Shown: positions 39,867-53,640, counted from the stretch's first letter. The stretch is DNA of 64,000 nt from the human T2T-CHM13v2.0 reference genome, Homo sapiens (GCF_009914755.1 NC_060929.1); one strand, 5' to 3'. Numbers and translations are program-made. Notes: generated from the letters alone by a model not told the origin.

Positions 39867-40084
39867 GTCTGCTGGCAACAGGTTCTTTCAGCTTTTGTTT
39901 ATCTAAAAATGTCTATTTCATGTTACATTTAAAAAAATGTTTTATTTGGAATACTTTGTACTATTTATTTGTATTTTCTCACATTAGAATGTGAGCAGTA
40001 GGAGGTTGGAAGCCTTATCTTGTTTACTTCTCTATTCACTTTACCTGGAATTGTGACTGCCATGCAGTATTGGCCAATTTGTTG

Positions 40085-40207
40085 GAAGAAAAGAAGGAAG
40101 GAAGAAAAAGAAAAAAAGAATGGAAAAATGAGTAGGGAGGAAAAGAAGGAAGAAAGGACAGAAGAAGAGAAGAAGGAAGAAAGAAAGGAAAACGGAAGGC
40201 AAGAAAA
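40085..40207 (+). repeat. GA-rich low complexity following an L2 tail
   Basis: Directly visible. Confidence 0.85.
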
Positions 40208-40345
40208 TTAATTGGCATTGCTATTTATGGCCTCTGTGAAAATGTTTGTGTTTGGCAGTTTCTTGAAACATCAGTTGTATTCATCTGGTGTTTGAGTGCC
40301 ACAAATTAGTTTGCTTAAAATAGCAATAAAAAATATCTGGCAATT

Positions 40346-40627
40346 GCTGGGCACTGTGGCTTAAGTCTATGTAATCACATTGGGAGACTGAGGCGGGAGG
40401 ATCCCTTGAGCCCAAGAGCTCAAGACCAGCGTGGGCCACATGGCGAAACTCCAAGTCTACAAAAAATACAAAAATTAGCTGGGCATGGTGGTGCCTGTAG
40501 CTCCAGCTATTAGGGAGGCTGAGGTGGGAGAATCACTTGAGCCCAGGAGATGGAGGTTGCAGTGAGCTGAGATGGCGCACTACACTCCAGCCTGGGTACA
40601 AAGCAAGACCTGTCTTAAAAAAAAAAA
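40346..40627 (+). mobile_element. AluJ
   Basis: gggaggatcccttgagcccaagag; A tail followed by (TA)n. Confidence 0.9.
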
Positions 40628-40734
40628 TTATATATATATGTATACACATATGGCAAAAAAGAGGTAAAGGAAAATGCCAAATATATATAAGCTTTTAAAA
40701 TTTATAATTCATTTTAAACTACAAAAAGACAATT

Positions 40735-41326
40735 TATGTCAACTGATCTGTGACAAAGGTGCCAAGGTCACATAATGGAGAAAGCAATCTCAAATAAGTG
40801 GTGCCAGGAAAATGGAATATCCACATGTAGAAAAATGAAATTGGGCCTTATCTCACCCCATATACAAAAATCAGCTTAAAAATGGGTTAAAGACTTAAAC
40901 ACAAGACCTGAAAGTATAAAACGACTGGAAGAAAACATAGAGGGAAAGCTTCTTTGACATTGGTCTTGGCAAAATATTTTTTAAAATATGACCTGAAAAT
41001 ATGACCTAAATAGACAAGTGAGATAACATCAAACTAAAAAGCTTGACAGAAACAATCAACAGAGTCAAGAGACAACCTACAGAATGGGAGAAAATATTGC
41101 AAATCATACATCTGATTTGGAGTTAAGATCCGAAATATATATGGAACTTAATATAAAAAAAATTAGGAAATGGTCAAATAACCTGCACAGACATTTCTCA
41201 AAGGAAGACACAAATGGCTAGCAGGTAATGGAAAAAAAATGCTTAACATCACTAATCAAAAGAGAAACACAAGTTACAACCACAATGAAATATTACCTCA
41301 CACCTGTAAGAATGGCTTTTGTAAAA
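40735..41326 (+). mobile_element. L1M ORF2 3' fragment
   Basis: tgacaaaggtgccaag...agacaacctacagaatgggagaaaatatt...acctcacacctgtaagaatggc. Confidence 0.85.
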
Positions 41327-41689
41327 GTGTGAAATACAATTTCCTTCTTTTCTCTCCAATTTTCTTTAAAATCTCTTTACTCTCTAAGAGTCACCTTTTT
41401 TGAATGTTTATAGCTAGAAATAATCTACCATTAGCACCTTTTCGCTTTATGGTTCTTATCACTCTTTAAAATGATTTAAATATTTGGTTAAGTGATAAAA
41501 TGTTTCATATTACCCGGATCTACTCAAATTTTTTAATTGGCTGGGCTGTACATTATTACACTATTTAGATATACCATGACTTAAAACATCTGAGTGATAT
41601 TTAAGTTATTCCCCATTTTAAAATTATCATGTTTTAATATAATTATGTATCATTATGTTTTTATGTAATTTGTGTTTGTTTTTAATTTG

Positions 41690-42850
41690 TATTTGTTTCA
41701 GGGTCAGGAAAGTTAAGACTTTTTCATATGCTGACTAGCTATTTGTTTCTTTTCTTATAAAGTGCCCTCTTTTGTTCATTGATGTTTCTTGTTGTTTGTT
41801 TTTTGTGAGTTTGCTCTCTGTTTTAAAAATCAATTTGTAAAGCTTTTTCTCTAAATTTAGGTAATTAGCTGTGGGTCCTGTGTTTCTTGTTTGTTAAATG
41901 CTTTTTCCTTTTGTAATGTTTTAAGCTTTGCTGAAAGAGTGTTTTTTTTTTAGTGTTGTCTAAATTATCAAATTTATGGTTTCTGAATTTTGTGTCTGCT
42001 TAGAAAGACCATCTCCACCCTAAGTTATAAATAAATTCAGTCACGTTTTCATCCAGTTCTTTAATGGCTTCATTGTTTACTTTAAATCTTTGCTCCATCT
42101 GGAGTTTATTTTTATCTAAGTAGTGATTTGGAGATGTGGTTTTACTTTTTCCAAATGACTATATAGTTATCACAGATTTATTGAAAATTTTATCTTTACC
42201 CACACTGGTTTGAAATGCTCTCTTTATGGTAATTTCCGTATGTATTTGGGTGTGTTTCTGGACTTTCTTTTCCATTGATGCTTTTGTGTATTCCTGGCCT
42301 ATTACTGAAGTGATATGAACTGCAGCTTTACCGTATGTTTTATTATCTGGTACAACTCCTTATTCTTCCTCTTTATAATCCAGCTAGTTTTATATATTTA
42401 CTTTTCAGGCTACTGTAGTGATAGTTTTATTTTGTAGATTTTAGAGTGTTCTTTTTTTTCCCCAAAAGAAATGATGATTTAACATTGAGCTCTTATTTCT
42501 AAGAACAAGATAAATTGCAATTTATTGAAGGCATACAGTATGTCTTTCCATAGATTCTGAAAAATGTTCACCTTGTAATGTCCTACACATTCCATATAAA
42601 GTTTGTTTTTATAAAGATCTTTCTGTTTGGGACTGTGATTGAGATCTTTTCTTCCATTATATTTTTAAAGTGGTTATTATTTATATATGAGAGTTTATAT
42701 TTATTAACTATATAAATATCATAATGTCTTCATTTGTAACAAATTTCTAGTTCATTCTATTTTTTCACATATGAAATTATATTATCTGTAAACAACACTT
42801 TATTTTTTATTTTTAAATATTTATAATCTGTTTCAGATTAGTATAATTGT
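41690..42850 (-). mobile_element. Highly degraded L1ME fragments
   Basis: ccatctggagtttattttt, ggtttgaaatgc, gtttctggacttt motifs in T-rich sequence. Confidence 0.5.
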
Positions 42851-42884
42851 TGGTAGTACTGCTCATCTGGGTCCAAAATCAGAT

Positions 42885-43052
42885 ATTGCCAAGTTAGTGA
42901 AACGTTCTGATCCTCAGTTTTCTCATCTGTAAAATGCTGAGAAGGGCAGCACTTACCCCAAAGGGATAATATAATGATCCAGTTAGTAAGTGTACAAAGC
43001 AATTAGCAAAATGCCGAGAACATAATAAGCATTTACAAATGTTAATCATTGT
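42885..43052 (+). mobile_element. MIR
   Basis: cctcagttttctcatctgtaaaatg core. Confidence 0.75.
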
Positions 43053-43635
43053 TTTATTTTTTCTCAAAGTTAATTACAGAGTCTAGTCTTTTATTATCAT
43101 CATTAAATAATATTAATAGCAATTTTAAATGACTTTTAATGTTGATATGTGGAATGGCCTAATGGTCTATGTGCAGAGTATTGATTATAGTATAGTGAAC
43201 ATAGAGTCTAGATTTTCTAGAGCTACCACAGCGTGCAATTTTATTATTTTAAATAAAGGCAATAAATTATTATGAATCTAGATGGCACTTAATTTTATGT
43301 TTCTGTGAGATATAAATATAAGTGAATTCACAAAGTGGAAAAAGAATGATGATAGTAGGAAGCTTTGATTAATATTTCATTCTTTAATGGAAATATTTAT
43401 TACTTTGTATTTATATCCTAAATATTTATTTACGCTTTATCTTTCCTGATTTTAAAAAAGTAGGCATCATACTTAGTTGACTGATCTGCAGCGTCAGTTG
43501 AGAAAATTGACAGAACCTTATATGGCGTGTTGCCCCAAAAAGACATTCAATAAATATTGTTTGAGTAAAGGCACAAATAAATAAATCTAACGATTAAGAA
43601 ATAAATGGACTCAGAGAGTATATATTTTTTTCCAG

Positions 43636-43731
43636 ATTCCACAGGATGCGAGCATATGCAGTGGAAACATTGTGTTATTCCATCCTCAGAAGAAAAGAGA
43701 CAGTATTATACTTCGTCTCTTGCTAGTACAG
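43636..43731 (+). other. Candidate 96-bp internal exon (unverified)
   Basis: tttttttccag acceptor and CAG|gtaaca donor; open in two frames; no recognisable protein. Confidence 0.25.
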
Positions 43732-45126
43732 GTAACATTCTTTATTAAGAGAAATATATTTAATCAGGAGTCACTATGTGCAAAAACATTAAGTAGAGGC
43801 TTAAAATGTTAAATACTCTTTCATCAAGGAAGGTTTTGTTTTTTTTTTTCCTTAATGCACATGTGTTAAATCTTACTCTAATCAGCTAGTTTTTTTCTTT
43901 TACTCAGAGTGGAAATTGCGGGTATCTTGTTTTTACTGTAAAACCTGATTTATATGCCTCAGCTAAATGCAGAGATTTCATTTGTGAATGCTAGTCAGTG
44001 ATTTATTTCATTGTTTTCTTTTTTGGACAAGTCACAGCAAAATATTTTTTTTTCAAGCAGGATGGCATTAACCTTTTCTGATTGCAAAGCCACTCTCCTA
44101 GCAATATCAATAATACTTTGTCATTTCGGTCAGTTACTTTACTACATTTGGTAAACAAATAAATACAGCCCTACATATCAAAAAACTAAAATGACCAGTT
44201 TGAGAATCAGCCCTTTGATAATCATCTACAACAGATTTTGGAGCCTCCGTAATATTTCAAAGAATTGGCCTTTTTCCAGTTGCTGCTGATATTGGGATTT
44301 GAGTTAATTGCCGATGCATCTCAAACAACAGAGCAGGTGCTAGTGGAAAGAACATTCCCTGTATTTTCTTTGTTATTTATAGTCAGAGCTCTTCTCCACT
44401 AAACCCTTGAGCTGGCTTTTTAGAGCCCACTGTATAACAATTTCATTCACTTTCATGTCAACAAGCTTTGGCTTGATAAATTAAAATGGAAAAATGCTGG
44501 CTAAAGCACCACAGCCCTACATGATTCATTTTGCTGCAAGTTTCTGGCAGCTGCCCAAGAATGACCTACTATCTTTCTAGTGTCCTTATCATTTTCCCAT
44601 CTGGAAAGGGCTAAACCTTACTGTACACTGGGGAGTTAAGGGCCTGTGCAGGCTGCATTTGAAGGCCATTAACAATCATAACTCTACAAATCATCACCCT
44701 CTTCCAGGCAAGGTTAGGACTACTCTATAGGATAGTTAGGAAGGTCAATATTTTACTTTTATTTAAATAAATACAAAAAAGGGCACAATGTCTTTAATTA
44801 CCTAGGACTGCATGCTAACTCGAACCGTTATATTTTTAAACATTTTGATCTGTCTTATAATTAACCAAAGGTAATTTAGAGGAGCCCATCCTAAATTATG
44901 TAACTTCTGATATTAGCTGTGAATTTACTATTAAGCTAAGTTATTTATTTATTCACTTAATCTTCCTTTATACAAATGGATTTTCTTTATGGAGTCATAG
45001 GTAGGATGGCTATTTTAGTGATTATTTTAACAATTAACTATCAAGTTGCAAAAGCTATTAGGGAAAAATACCTTATTTTTGAAAAGAGAGGCTAAATGAT
45101 GGAAGAATCATTATAAACTCTAGTTA

Positions 45127-45318
45127 CAAGCTTGTCCAACCCATGACCCACAGGCTGCATGCAGCCCAGGATGGCTTCGAATGCAGTCCAACACAAATTC
45201 GTAAACTTTCTTAAAACATTATGAGACTTTTTTTTTTTTTTTTTGCTCATCAGCTATCATTATTGTAAGTGTATTGTATGTGTGGCCCAAGGCAATTCTT
45301 CTTCCTTCCACACTCCTG
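45127..45318 (-). mobile_element. MER30 (hAT-Charlie)
   Basis: caagcttgtccaacc...acacaaattcgtaaactttcttaaaacattatgaga...gctcatcagctatc. Confidence 0.9.
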
Positions 45319-45695
45319 CTAATTATAGCAAAGTTTTATCATTTATAAGTAGGGTTTCTTAACTAATACTATGTGTAGATTATAAGTAAATTAAGTTTAA
45401 AACCTGATACTAACTGAGGATTTATCACCCAAGAAATTGTCGAAGCATAAATATGAGGCTGTGAATTCTAAACAATTACAACTTTTAGGAAATGAAAGCT
45501 CCCTTGTTACTCGATATTTAAACTAACAATTTAAGGCTTTCAGCAGTGAACTTATAATGCACGTTGGTAATTGTTAGTCTTGTCTCTAAAGTGGAAAAAG
45601 ATGTAGAGATGGCCAGGATCTTTGACCAGCCATCATTGCTAGGGTAATGAGGAAGAGCTAAACACAGAGGGCAAAGCCAAGCAAAATGCTCACTC

Positions 45696-45762
45696 TTTTT
45701 TTTTTTTTTTTTTTTTTGAGATGGAGCCTCGCTCTATCACCCAGGCTGGAGCGCAGTGGCGC
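45696..45762 (-). mobile_element. Severely 5'-truncated Alu (3' ~45 bp plus tail)
   Basis: T22 gagatggagcctcgctctatcacccaggctggagcgcagtggcgc. Confidence 0.88.
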
Positions 45763-48700
45763 GCAAATTATCTCCCTGCTTCCCACCCCAAACTGGTCAT
45801 TTGTTTAGGAAATGTAACCACTTGCAGGGGCTGCTGGGTGGTTAGAAAAGTCCAGAAACTTGAATCTTGAATCCTGTCTGGCAATTGAAACACTGGAAGG
45901 CTGCGGAGAAAAGGAAGGGAAGAAAATGCAGTTTCAAAATTAGTGTTGCTGGTATTGAATTCTGCCTAGAAAGATGCTTATTTGGGGGTGGGGTGGAGGA
46001 GGTGGCAAAAAAACTTCCAATGGGATTTTGTTTTTATAAAGGTAAACTCAAGATATAATCCTGGAATGGAAACTGAGAGTTAAATGTCTGTGAATAATAA
46101 TGAAAGAGATAAACGTCACGGTGAATAGAATTGAGACAGTAGGGTAATTCTATACCTGTGTGGCAGATCTGAGAATGGCCTGTCAGCACCTCTGTGAGGC
46201 TTGAGACTCAGGGTCGGGGCAGTAACTCCAGGCTAAGAAGAATATAGTCAAAGACTCTCCCACTGCAAGGGAATTTTCAACTTTTCATTCAGTCATTTAA
46301 CTAATATTCATTCACTGGGCACCTACCTTATGCTGACATTGTCTAACTGGGCAATGGTCATAAAGAATCCTTGGGATTGGGTATGGCCCTGAGAGTGTAA
46401 GAGCAGGAATGCTTACCTAATTTATTTCTGTTTGTTTCTTTTCCTTTTCTTTTTTTCATGTCACTTCTATACTCTTGAGCTGTTACTAAAGTTTTATTAA
46501 ACCCCACAGCCTTGTTGTAGATTGTGGTTAAGAATTTAAGAGAGGAATGTTTTTTAGCTTAAAAGCAAAGTGACATGACAATATAAAATTGCCGATATTA
46601 AGAGAAAAAAGAGAATCGTTTTATGTGATAGCAATAGATGGCCAGAAAGAATGGGGCAAGACAGCAGCTTGCTAGAGTAACCAACAACCACAGAATAAAG
46701 CTGTGGCCCATATCAACCCTCCTCAAAAGAGTCTCAGAAATGCTTCTAAGGAGTGCCTAAATGGCCAATACTGCCCTCAGATTTAAGCAAGTGAGGTCTT
46801 TTTGGTGCCTGGGCTTGGTTAGGCCAACCGTTCCTTTGGGATAAGGTGACCTGAATCTGCACCAGGGATGCATGAGCCCTGGTCCATGTTTTTTCCTTTC
46901 AGGGTATTCTCCCACCATTTTACCCCCACCCCACCTTTAACAAGGGTTGATCAGATGCTTCTAAGGAGCATCAAGACCCTCATCTATGGGACATCCCAGG
47001 GGCCTGTGTCCAGGACCTTGTTTCCGGATGGTGGAGCTATGCAGAGTGCTTTTTTTTTTTTACTGGCCAGCCTGCTTTTTCCAGGCAGGATCATGCAGAG
47101 TTGGGCCTAGAGAATGGTATTGACAAGCTGACACATCCTCATTCACATGAGGCGCAGAACGATTTCAGCATTCTGTCTTGCCTACCATCTACCGTTGACT
47201 TTTAAGTTTCAAATGCATGTGAAGGCCATGTGTTGGCTCTTTGAGTTTTCACCACAGCATCACCTCAAGTCCAGCACACAAAGGTGGTGAGGGGCTGCCA
47301 TGGTGTTATTTACTCTGTATGTACCCTCAGTGGCACCTAGGATTGTCAGTCCACCCCCTCACCAGGCAGTCTTAGGGGAGCGGACTTATCTCTTCAGAGG
47401 ACAGACAAGTGCTATGCAAAGCCAACAGGCCCTTCATTTGATATCCTCTTTTGCTTCTTACTGATGCAGTGATGTTTTACTCACCCTGGTCTGTCTTTAG
47501 CTGTACCACATGAGGAACAGACATTTCTTGTGAGAATGAGACTGTTCTGTCCACCCTACCTAAGGGCTTTTGCCTATTGTCCCTGCTGGTTGTGGTATAT
47601 GGAAGTCGAGAGAGCAGTCAACATTGAAACCAATCAGATTATAGGAGTGCTATGATTATGACCTACTCAGTTGGGAGATGTGTAGTTCTATGTTTTTACA
47701 ATGTAAATTTTTGTATGGTACATTTAACATGCCCAGAAAACAAAACGTGGTTCGCATTTTTTTCTGCATACCCTGGATATTCTTGTATTGTGGTCGTCAT
47801 CAACAAAGCTCAGTAACGACTGTTGAAAGGGTCATTGGAAGCCATTATCCACAGAGAGCAGGAGGGATAATGCAGTGGTATGACTAATGATGGAACCAGC
47901 AGTAAGTGAATGGTATTAGATAATTACAGAGGCAAGAAGGTCTATATTGTTTCAATACAAACAGTTTCTAAAGAGCGTGGCATTATTGGTAATAATGTTG
48001 TTGCTACCTCTTTTCTCCCAGTGGGAGATATGAAATTAGACAGGGATGGCACACTTGGCAATAAAGGGACACAAGAGATGGTTCTTGTGTCCTGGCTCAT
48101 CTTGGACAGCTATTATGGCTGAGGATTCTTTTAGTTTGAGCAAATGGGCCTAAAATCTTTGATTTCAAGTCAGTCTCATGTGTACCTTTTCCTCAGGTCT
48201 AATTCTTGACCATGGTGCTTGAGGCTATCCAGTGGTCAGAATAGATGAAGAAGGAGGAAAAGAAAGAAGAAGAAGGAAGAAGAAGGGAAAAAATTAAAAG
48301 AAGGAGGAGGAACAGATAAAGGATATACCAAGGGGGAAAAAAATGGTTCTTCTCAAGACAAAGGTCAAACATTTGAGAACTTTTAGGGGCCTCTGCAGGC
48401 TGCATAAATGAGTGTACAGCAGATGGGCTGAGATAATAAGGAGCGGTAGGAATTCTGGCTTAGTTTACATTGAGCTCCAAACAGTTATTACTATGAAAGA
48501 TGCTGGGCCCAATTTTGCTAAATCTTTCAAATTTTCAAGAGAAGCTAAAATCAAATTGTTAGGTGAAATACTACTAGTTTTAAATACTGGTAACTAATTA
48601 AGACACTAAAAGTTCTGTGTGAACTTTAGGAGGTGTCTGGCTCACCTACATTCAGTTTGCCAGCTTAGCCCCAAGACCTGGAGAACAGTATAGGTTGGCA

Positions 48701-49218
48701 AGCCAATGACACCCAAGCCTTCCAAGAACAGGGAAATCCCTGTCAAGCAGGAGATACGGCAACTTTTGGGAAAGGAAATAGGAAATGATATCAAGAAATA
48801 CAATCCAAAGAGAGTTGAAAATCAAGCATTCTTGATTAATTCTGTTATCCCTTCTAAATCCCTGCTCCCCAGCACTATGGCCCTGGATAGCTTTTTGCTT
48901 CTTCCTGGATGTAAAGTGGGAGAAGGGAATGTTGGAGTTTGGTGCCTTTCTGGGATAGTGAAAGACGGCCTGTGACCTTCAGGATGTTGTGTTAGAGACA
49001 GGGATTGAATCTAATTGCAAAGACATAATTTTTGAGGTTTTGGATGAAGAAGGATTTGGGGGAAAGTCCCCAAGGCAACTGGCCTGATGTGGACAGAAAC
49101 CATTTTAAAAGCACCTCTCTTCAAGCACATGCGCTCATTGGGGCTCTGGGAAGGGTGAGGGATCAGGTTACATTGCTCAGACTAAACCAGCCATCTTAAC
49201 TACACGTCAGTAGTTGGA

Positions 49219-49303
49219 GATATATATATATATATATATATATGTGTATATACACATCTCCAAATACACGCACACACACACACACACACACATATACATA
49301 TAT
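49219..49303 (+). repeat. (TA)n and (CA)n microsatellites
   Basis: Directly visible. Confidence 0.9.
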
Positions 49304-49369
49304 GCATGAAAATTAACTATGAAATAGGTTTAATAGAGACCCTTGGGAAATCATAGCCAAAATTGATGC

Positions 49370-49585
49370 GGCATTTACTATAGGCTCTAAGGTCTTTTGC
49401 ATGTATTAACTCATTTAAATTTCACTATAGCCCTAAGGGGTTGGTGGTATTTTTATACTCCTTTTTCCAGGTGAAAATACTGATGAAAAGAGAAATTAAT
49501 CACTTGCCCATGGTCACACAGCCAACAAACAGGGAACCCAGAAAAGCCAGGCAGGTTGGCTGCAAAGTCTGGGTCCATAACTAGA
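49370..49585 (-). mobile_element. MIR
   Basis: attaactcatttaa...cacttgcccatggtcacacagc. Confidence 0.7.
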
Positions 49586-50104
49586 TGATTTATCTGTAAG
49601 AGTGTATCTGTCTTTTCCCCGTCGATTTACTTAAGTTGTAAAATAAAAATCAACTGCTAATCAAGGGTGAAGAATATTAACTAGGGTTGGTAAATCAGAA
49701 GAAAAGTAAGATCACCAAGTGCTCTTTCTCAGGTTCAGATTGTTTTTTTAGCCAGGAGGCAGAGGCACTCTAGGGGAGCAGAGAGCAAAAGGACAAGTGA
49801 AATTCTTGCTATGGGAAATAATTCAGTCTTTCCTGTGTTGAGGGAACAGTTCAGGGAAACTCTTGGTCACTGTGGAAGTGGTAAATTGGCCGGGAAAATT
49901 AAGCTCTTCCCTCTTATGAACAAAGAAGAAGAAGCTAGTAAATTGGGGCTGAGTTAAAGTTTGGGGTAATACTGAGGGAGAGAGAAAGTCAATTTTAGAT
50001 TAGCAGATGTCATATTGGTTGAATTTAATATTTTCCTCTTTGAACTCTTCTCTTTCATAGCACACTGTGATAAACATTAAACAAAATGTAGTTTTTCAGA
50101 AAAA

Positions 50105-50305
50105 CTGTTTATTGGGCAACTCCGTTTGCCAGTCTCTGCGCTGGCTTTGCAGGTGTGCTGTGAATCCTCATACGTTATTATTATTCATTTTACTGAGGAT
50201 GAAGATGAGACTAAATTTAAATGACTTGCTTAAGACCACAGCTAATAAGGAGCTGAGTCAGAATTTGCAACTGTTTATTGCTACAAAATCTGCACTATTT
50301 TCATT
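50105..50305 (-). mobile_element. MIR
   Basis: tgaatcctcata...cattttactgaggatgaa...atgacttgcttaagaccacagcta. Confidence 0.65.
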
Positions 50306-52305
50306 GAATTAATTTGACTTACTCAATCCTTATTTATATGAAATATAAAATGCTCTCCAAAGCTATTCTCTAGTTTCCCCTTCTTATGCCTCTAGCTACT
50401 GAGCCCATACACTTTTGTTATAACCCTGAATTTTCTAAGTGATAAGGATGGTTTCCCAGCAAAATAACAGTGTTTTTTTTTCAATTAGGAATGAGTTTAC
50501 AATTACCAGACCTTCACTAGACTAATTATCTTCTATTTAACAGGCTGTATCACAGTTTTTGTAGTGGGAAATGATGGCAGATTTTAAAAGATTATCTTAA
50601 AATTGCAATTCCTCTTTTTCTCTCTATAGAGCATGGCAACTGGCAACTAATCAGCTCACTAAACATGTGGCACTCAGATTCTGCCTTCTTTAGACATTGG
50701 CCACCATCCAAAGCAATGAATAGGAAGATTTTTCTTACAAGTGACAGAATGCGTATTTAAAAAGTATCCATAAAAACTTTATCCAGAAAAGTAACTTGCT
50801 GAATTGATAATATTTTTTATAGTCATGCAGTGAAGTGTATTACACAGAGTATTTGTACATTTTGATAAGATTGTTCTATACCATGTCTTTTTAATGATTC
50901 TTCCAAGTGCATCAGTCTGGTTGCAAAGCTAATGGGTTGAGGTTGTCTGTGAAGAACTGGTCCAAACCCCTGGAGAAATTCTCTGACAGCACATAGTTGA
51001 AATCCTATTATGGCTGCTCCATAGCCAAATATTTGAGGCACCGATCAATGCTGGAAGTATAAGACAGAAAGAGGTGCAGAATGAGATTGAGGGCTCTTCA
51101 TACAGCCTGTTGCTCTTTCACTTTTATTTGGTTGTATAAGCATTAAATAAAATTTTAAAAAGAGGAAAAGAAAACCTTGAGCCTCAAATTGAAAAAAAAA
51201 AAAAAAGTGTTTCCTCATAGGACTACTTCATCTGTCAGCATCTCTTTTATTTCCCCTTAGTAAACCAAAACATTAGCACAGTCTTGTAGATACAAGCTAC
51301 AGATTCCTCGGGGCAAATTGCACACCTTTAACTCTTTAAGGAAAAAGAATTCTGTCCCGTAATTATTATTATGTGTCAAATTTGTTATGAAGGAACATGA
51401 ACTGTGTAGCTTCTCATGAGGCACTTGAAGATTAAGGCCCTCAGTCAAAAGGGAAGAGAAGAAAAGAATCAGAGTTTGCAAACTTTAAACAAAATAGAGA
51501 CATCAGTATTTATTATCTGTGCATCAGTGAGATTCACAATTCTTAAAATATGCAAGCTAAACAGTTGTGAAGCAGATAAAAAAGACTACAAAACATCCAA
51601 AGAGATCGCTTATATTTACATATAAAAGAAATATCACATTGATGCATGTTAGCACTAATGATTTAAAATACTGAGCACATATTTTCTCAAAACTAAGAAC
51701 AATTGTCATAAATTTTTAAAGTCCTTTAAAATATACAGTGTCAAGGGTTATGGAAACAGCACCATAAAAGTTAATATCTTGCATATATTCAAGGATTAAA
51801 TTTAAAATATTTGGTATTTGGAATGAGGCTAATATAACATGAAGCTTAGGAAAAGTATGTTTGAATACATGAAAAATGAATGTAGAAATGAAGCCAGTGG
51901 AGGTGGAAAAAAGCCAGGGCACAGGAAAAAGAAAACAAAATAGGAGAAGTGTATCACATAAAAACATAAATCCTCCTGTATTATTTGGCAGATACATAAT
52001 TCACATTCGTTTCATTTTTTGCAAGCCAAAATATGAATATTTTGATTTTACTGAAGGAGATGCTGGTAGAGCAGTTATAAATAAGAAAACCGTTTAGAGA
52101 CTTTATAGTCCATGTAAAACCTTACTGAACTTTTAAATACCGTTTTTAAAGGACTCAGTCAACCTCTGATTGTTCTTGTTCCAATTTTACCCAATCATGT
52201 AACCAGTGGCTTTGGGAGAAACTCCTTTAGAGATGTATATTTTGCAGATCAGTGACAGAAAACAAACTGCTTTTCTTTCTTGTGGTCTGCTACTACTCCT
52301 CGTGT

Positions 52306-52792
52306 TGTATTAGGCAGGGTTCTCTAGAGGGATAGAACTAATGGAATATACATGTATGAGTTTATTAAGTATGAATAAATATATATGAGTTTATTAAGTA
52401 TTTACATACATATCAGTTTATTAAGTATGAAGTCACACAATCGCAAGGTCCCACAATAGACTGCAGGCTGAGGAGCAAAGAGAGCCAGTCCAAGTTCCAA
52501 AACCGAGGAACTTGGAGTCCGATGTTCAAGGGTAGGAAGCATCCAGCACAGGAGAAAGATGTAGGCTGGGAGGCTAGGCCAGTCTCTCTTTTTACATTTT
52601 TCTGCCTGCTTTACATTCTAGGCATGCTGGCAACTGATTAGATGGTGCCCACCCAGATTAAGGGTGGGTCTGCCTTTCCCAGCCCACTCATTCAAATGTT
52701 AATCTTCTTTGGCAACACCCTCACAAACACACCCAGGATCAATAATTTGTATCCTTCAATCCAATCAGGTTGACACAGTATTAACCATCACA
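52306..52792 (-). mobile_element. MLT2A1-type (HERV-L) solo LTR
   Basis: tgtattaggcagggttctctagagg...gattagatggtgcccacccagattaagggtggg...ttaaccatcaca; degenerate TSD cgtgt/tatgt. Confidence 0.92.
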
Positions 52793-53161
52793 TATGTGTT
52801 AGAGGACTCTGCAGTTATCCAAAACACGGAATGAGAAAGCAGTGTTGCAGATGGCGGCATACAGAAGGGGCAGCATGTAAGAGCAATGAATATAGACTGT
52901 ACTTATTGCAGGTTCGCTTTCAGGGCTGAATTTCCAAGAAAGATGTGGATATTATTCTCTACTTTGGGGACTGTTATTTTCCCACTTTTTTCAGAGGTTC
53001 TTCATTGTTGTCCAGATTCAGGTTATTAAGGTCAGGACTCTTCTCCTTGACTGTGAACACCACTTCGTAGCCAAGCAAGGTTTGAGGAAGACATTGACAG
53101 GCATTGTTTGTAGGGAGAGACTCATTTCTTAGGAGCCAGACATGCCAGGGACTTTACATGT

Positions 53162-53640
53162 TGTAGCAGTCAGGATCCTAGAAAGAAACAGATGGCACAC
53201 TCAAACAGGGGTAAGTGAGGAGAATTTAATAAAGACATGCTTTACAAAGGTGTGTGCAGGGTTGTTTTAGGGAAACTGGCAAAGGCAGTGCAGAACTAGC
53301 AAAGGTAGGGAAGCCTTGAGCACCAAAGCACCAGGAGATGGAGCAGCTGGAGTACTCCAGAGAGAGAAGGGGCTTCTTAACAAAAGCTATGACCTTCAAT
53401 AGGTTGGCACAGTTTACCTAGAGAAGACCAAGCAAAAGAACGGGGGAAATCAATATCCTGACTACGCTTTTCTGTCTTCTCAAAATCCTTTTGGTCTCTT
53501 CCATCTGCCACTCCAAGCTAGAAGCCAGAGGGCAAGGTTGCCCATTGATTTAGTTGATAAATGTCAGCTATCTAGAGCACAGAAGAGTGTAGAAGATGGG
53601 CAAGTAGAATTGGAGAAGGAAATGAAGAATATCTAGAATA
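53162..53640. mobile_element. LTR33-like ERVL solo LTR
   Basis: tgtagcagtcaggatcc...gaaacagatggcacactcaaa...gaagccagagggcaag...gaagaatatctag. Confidence 0.7.
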
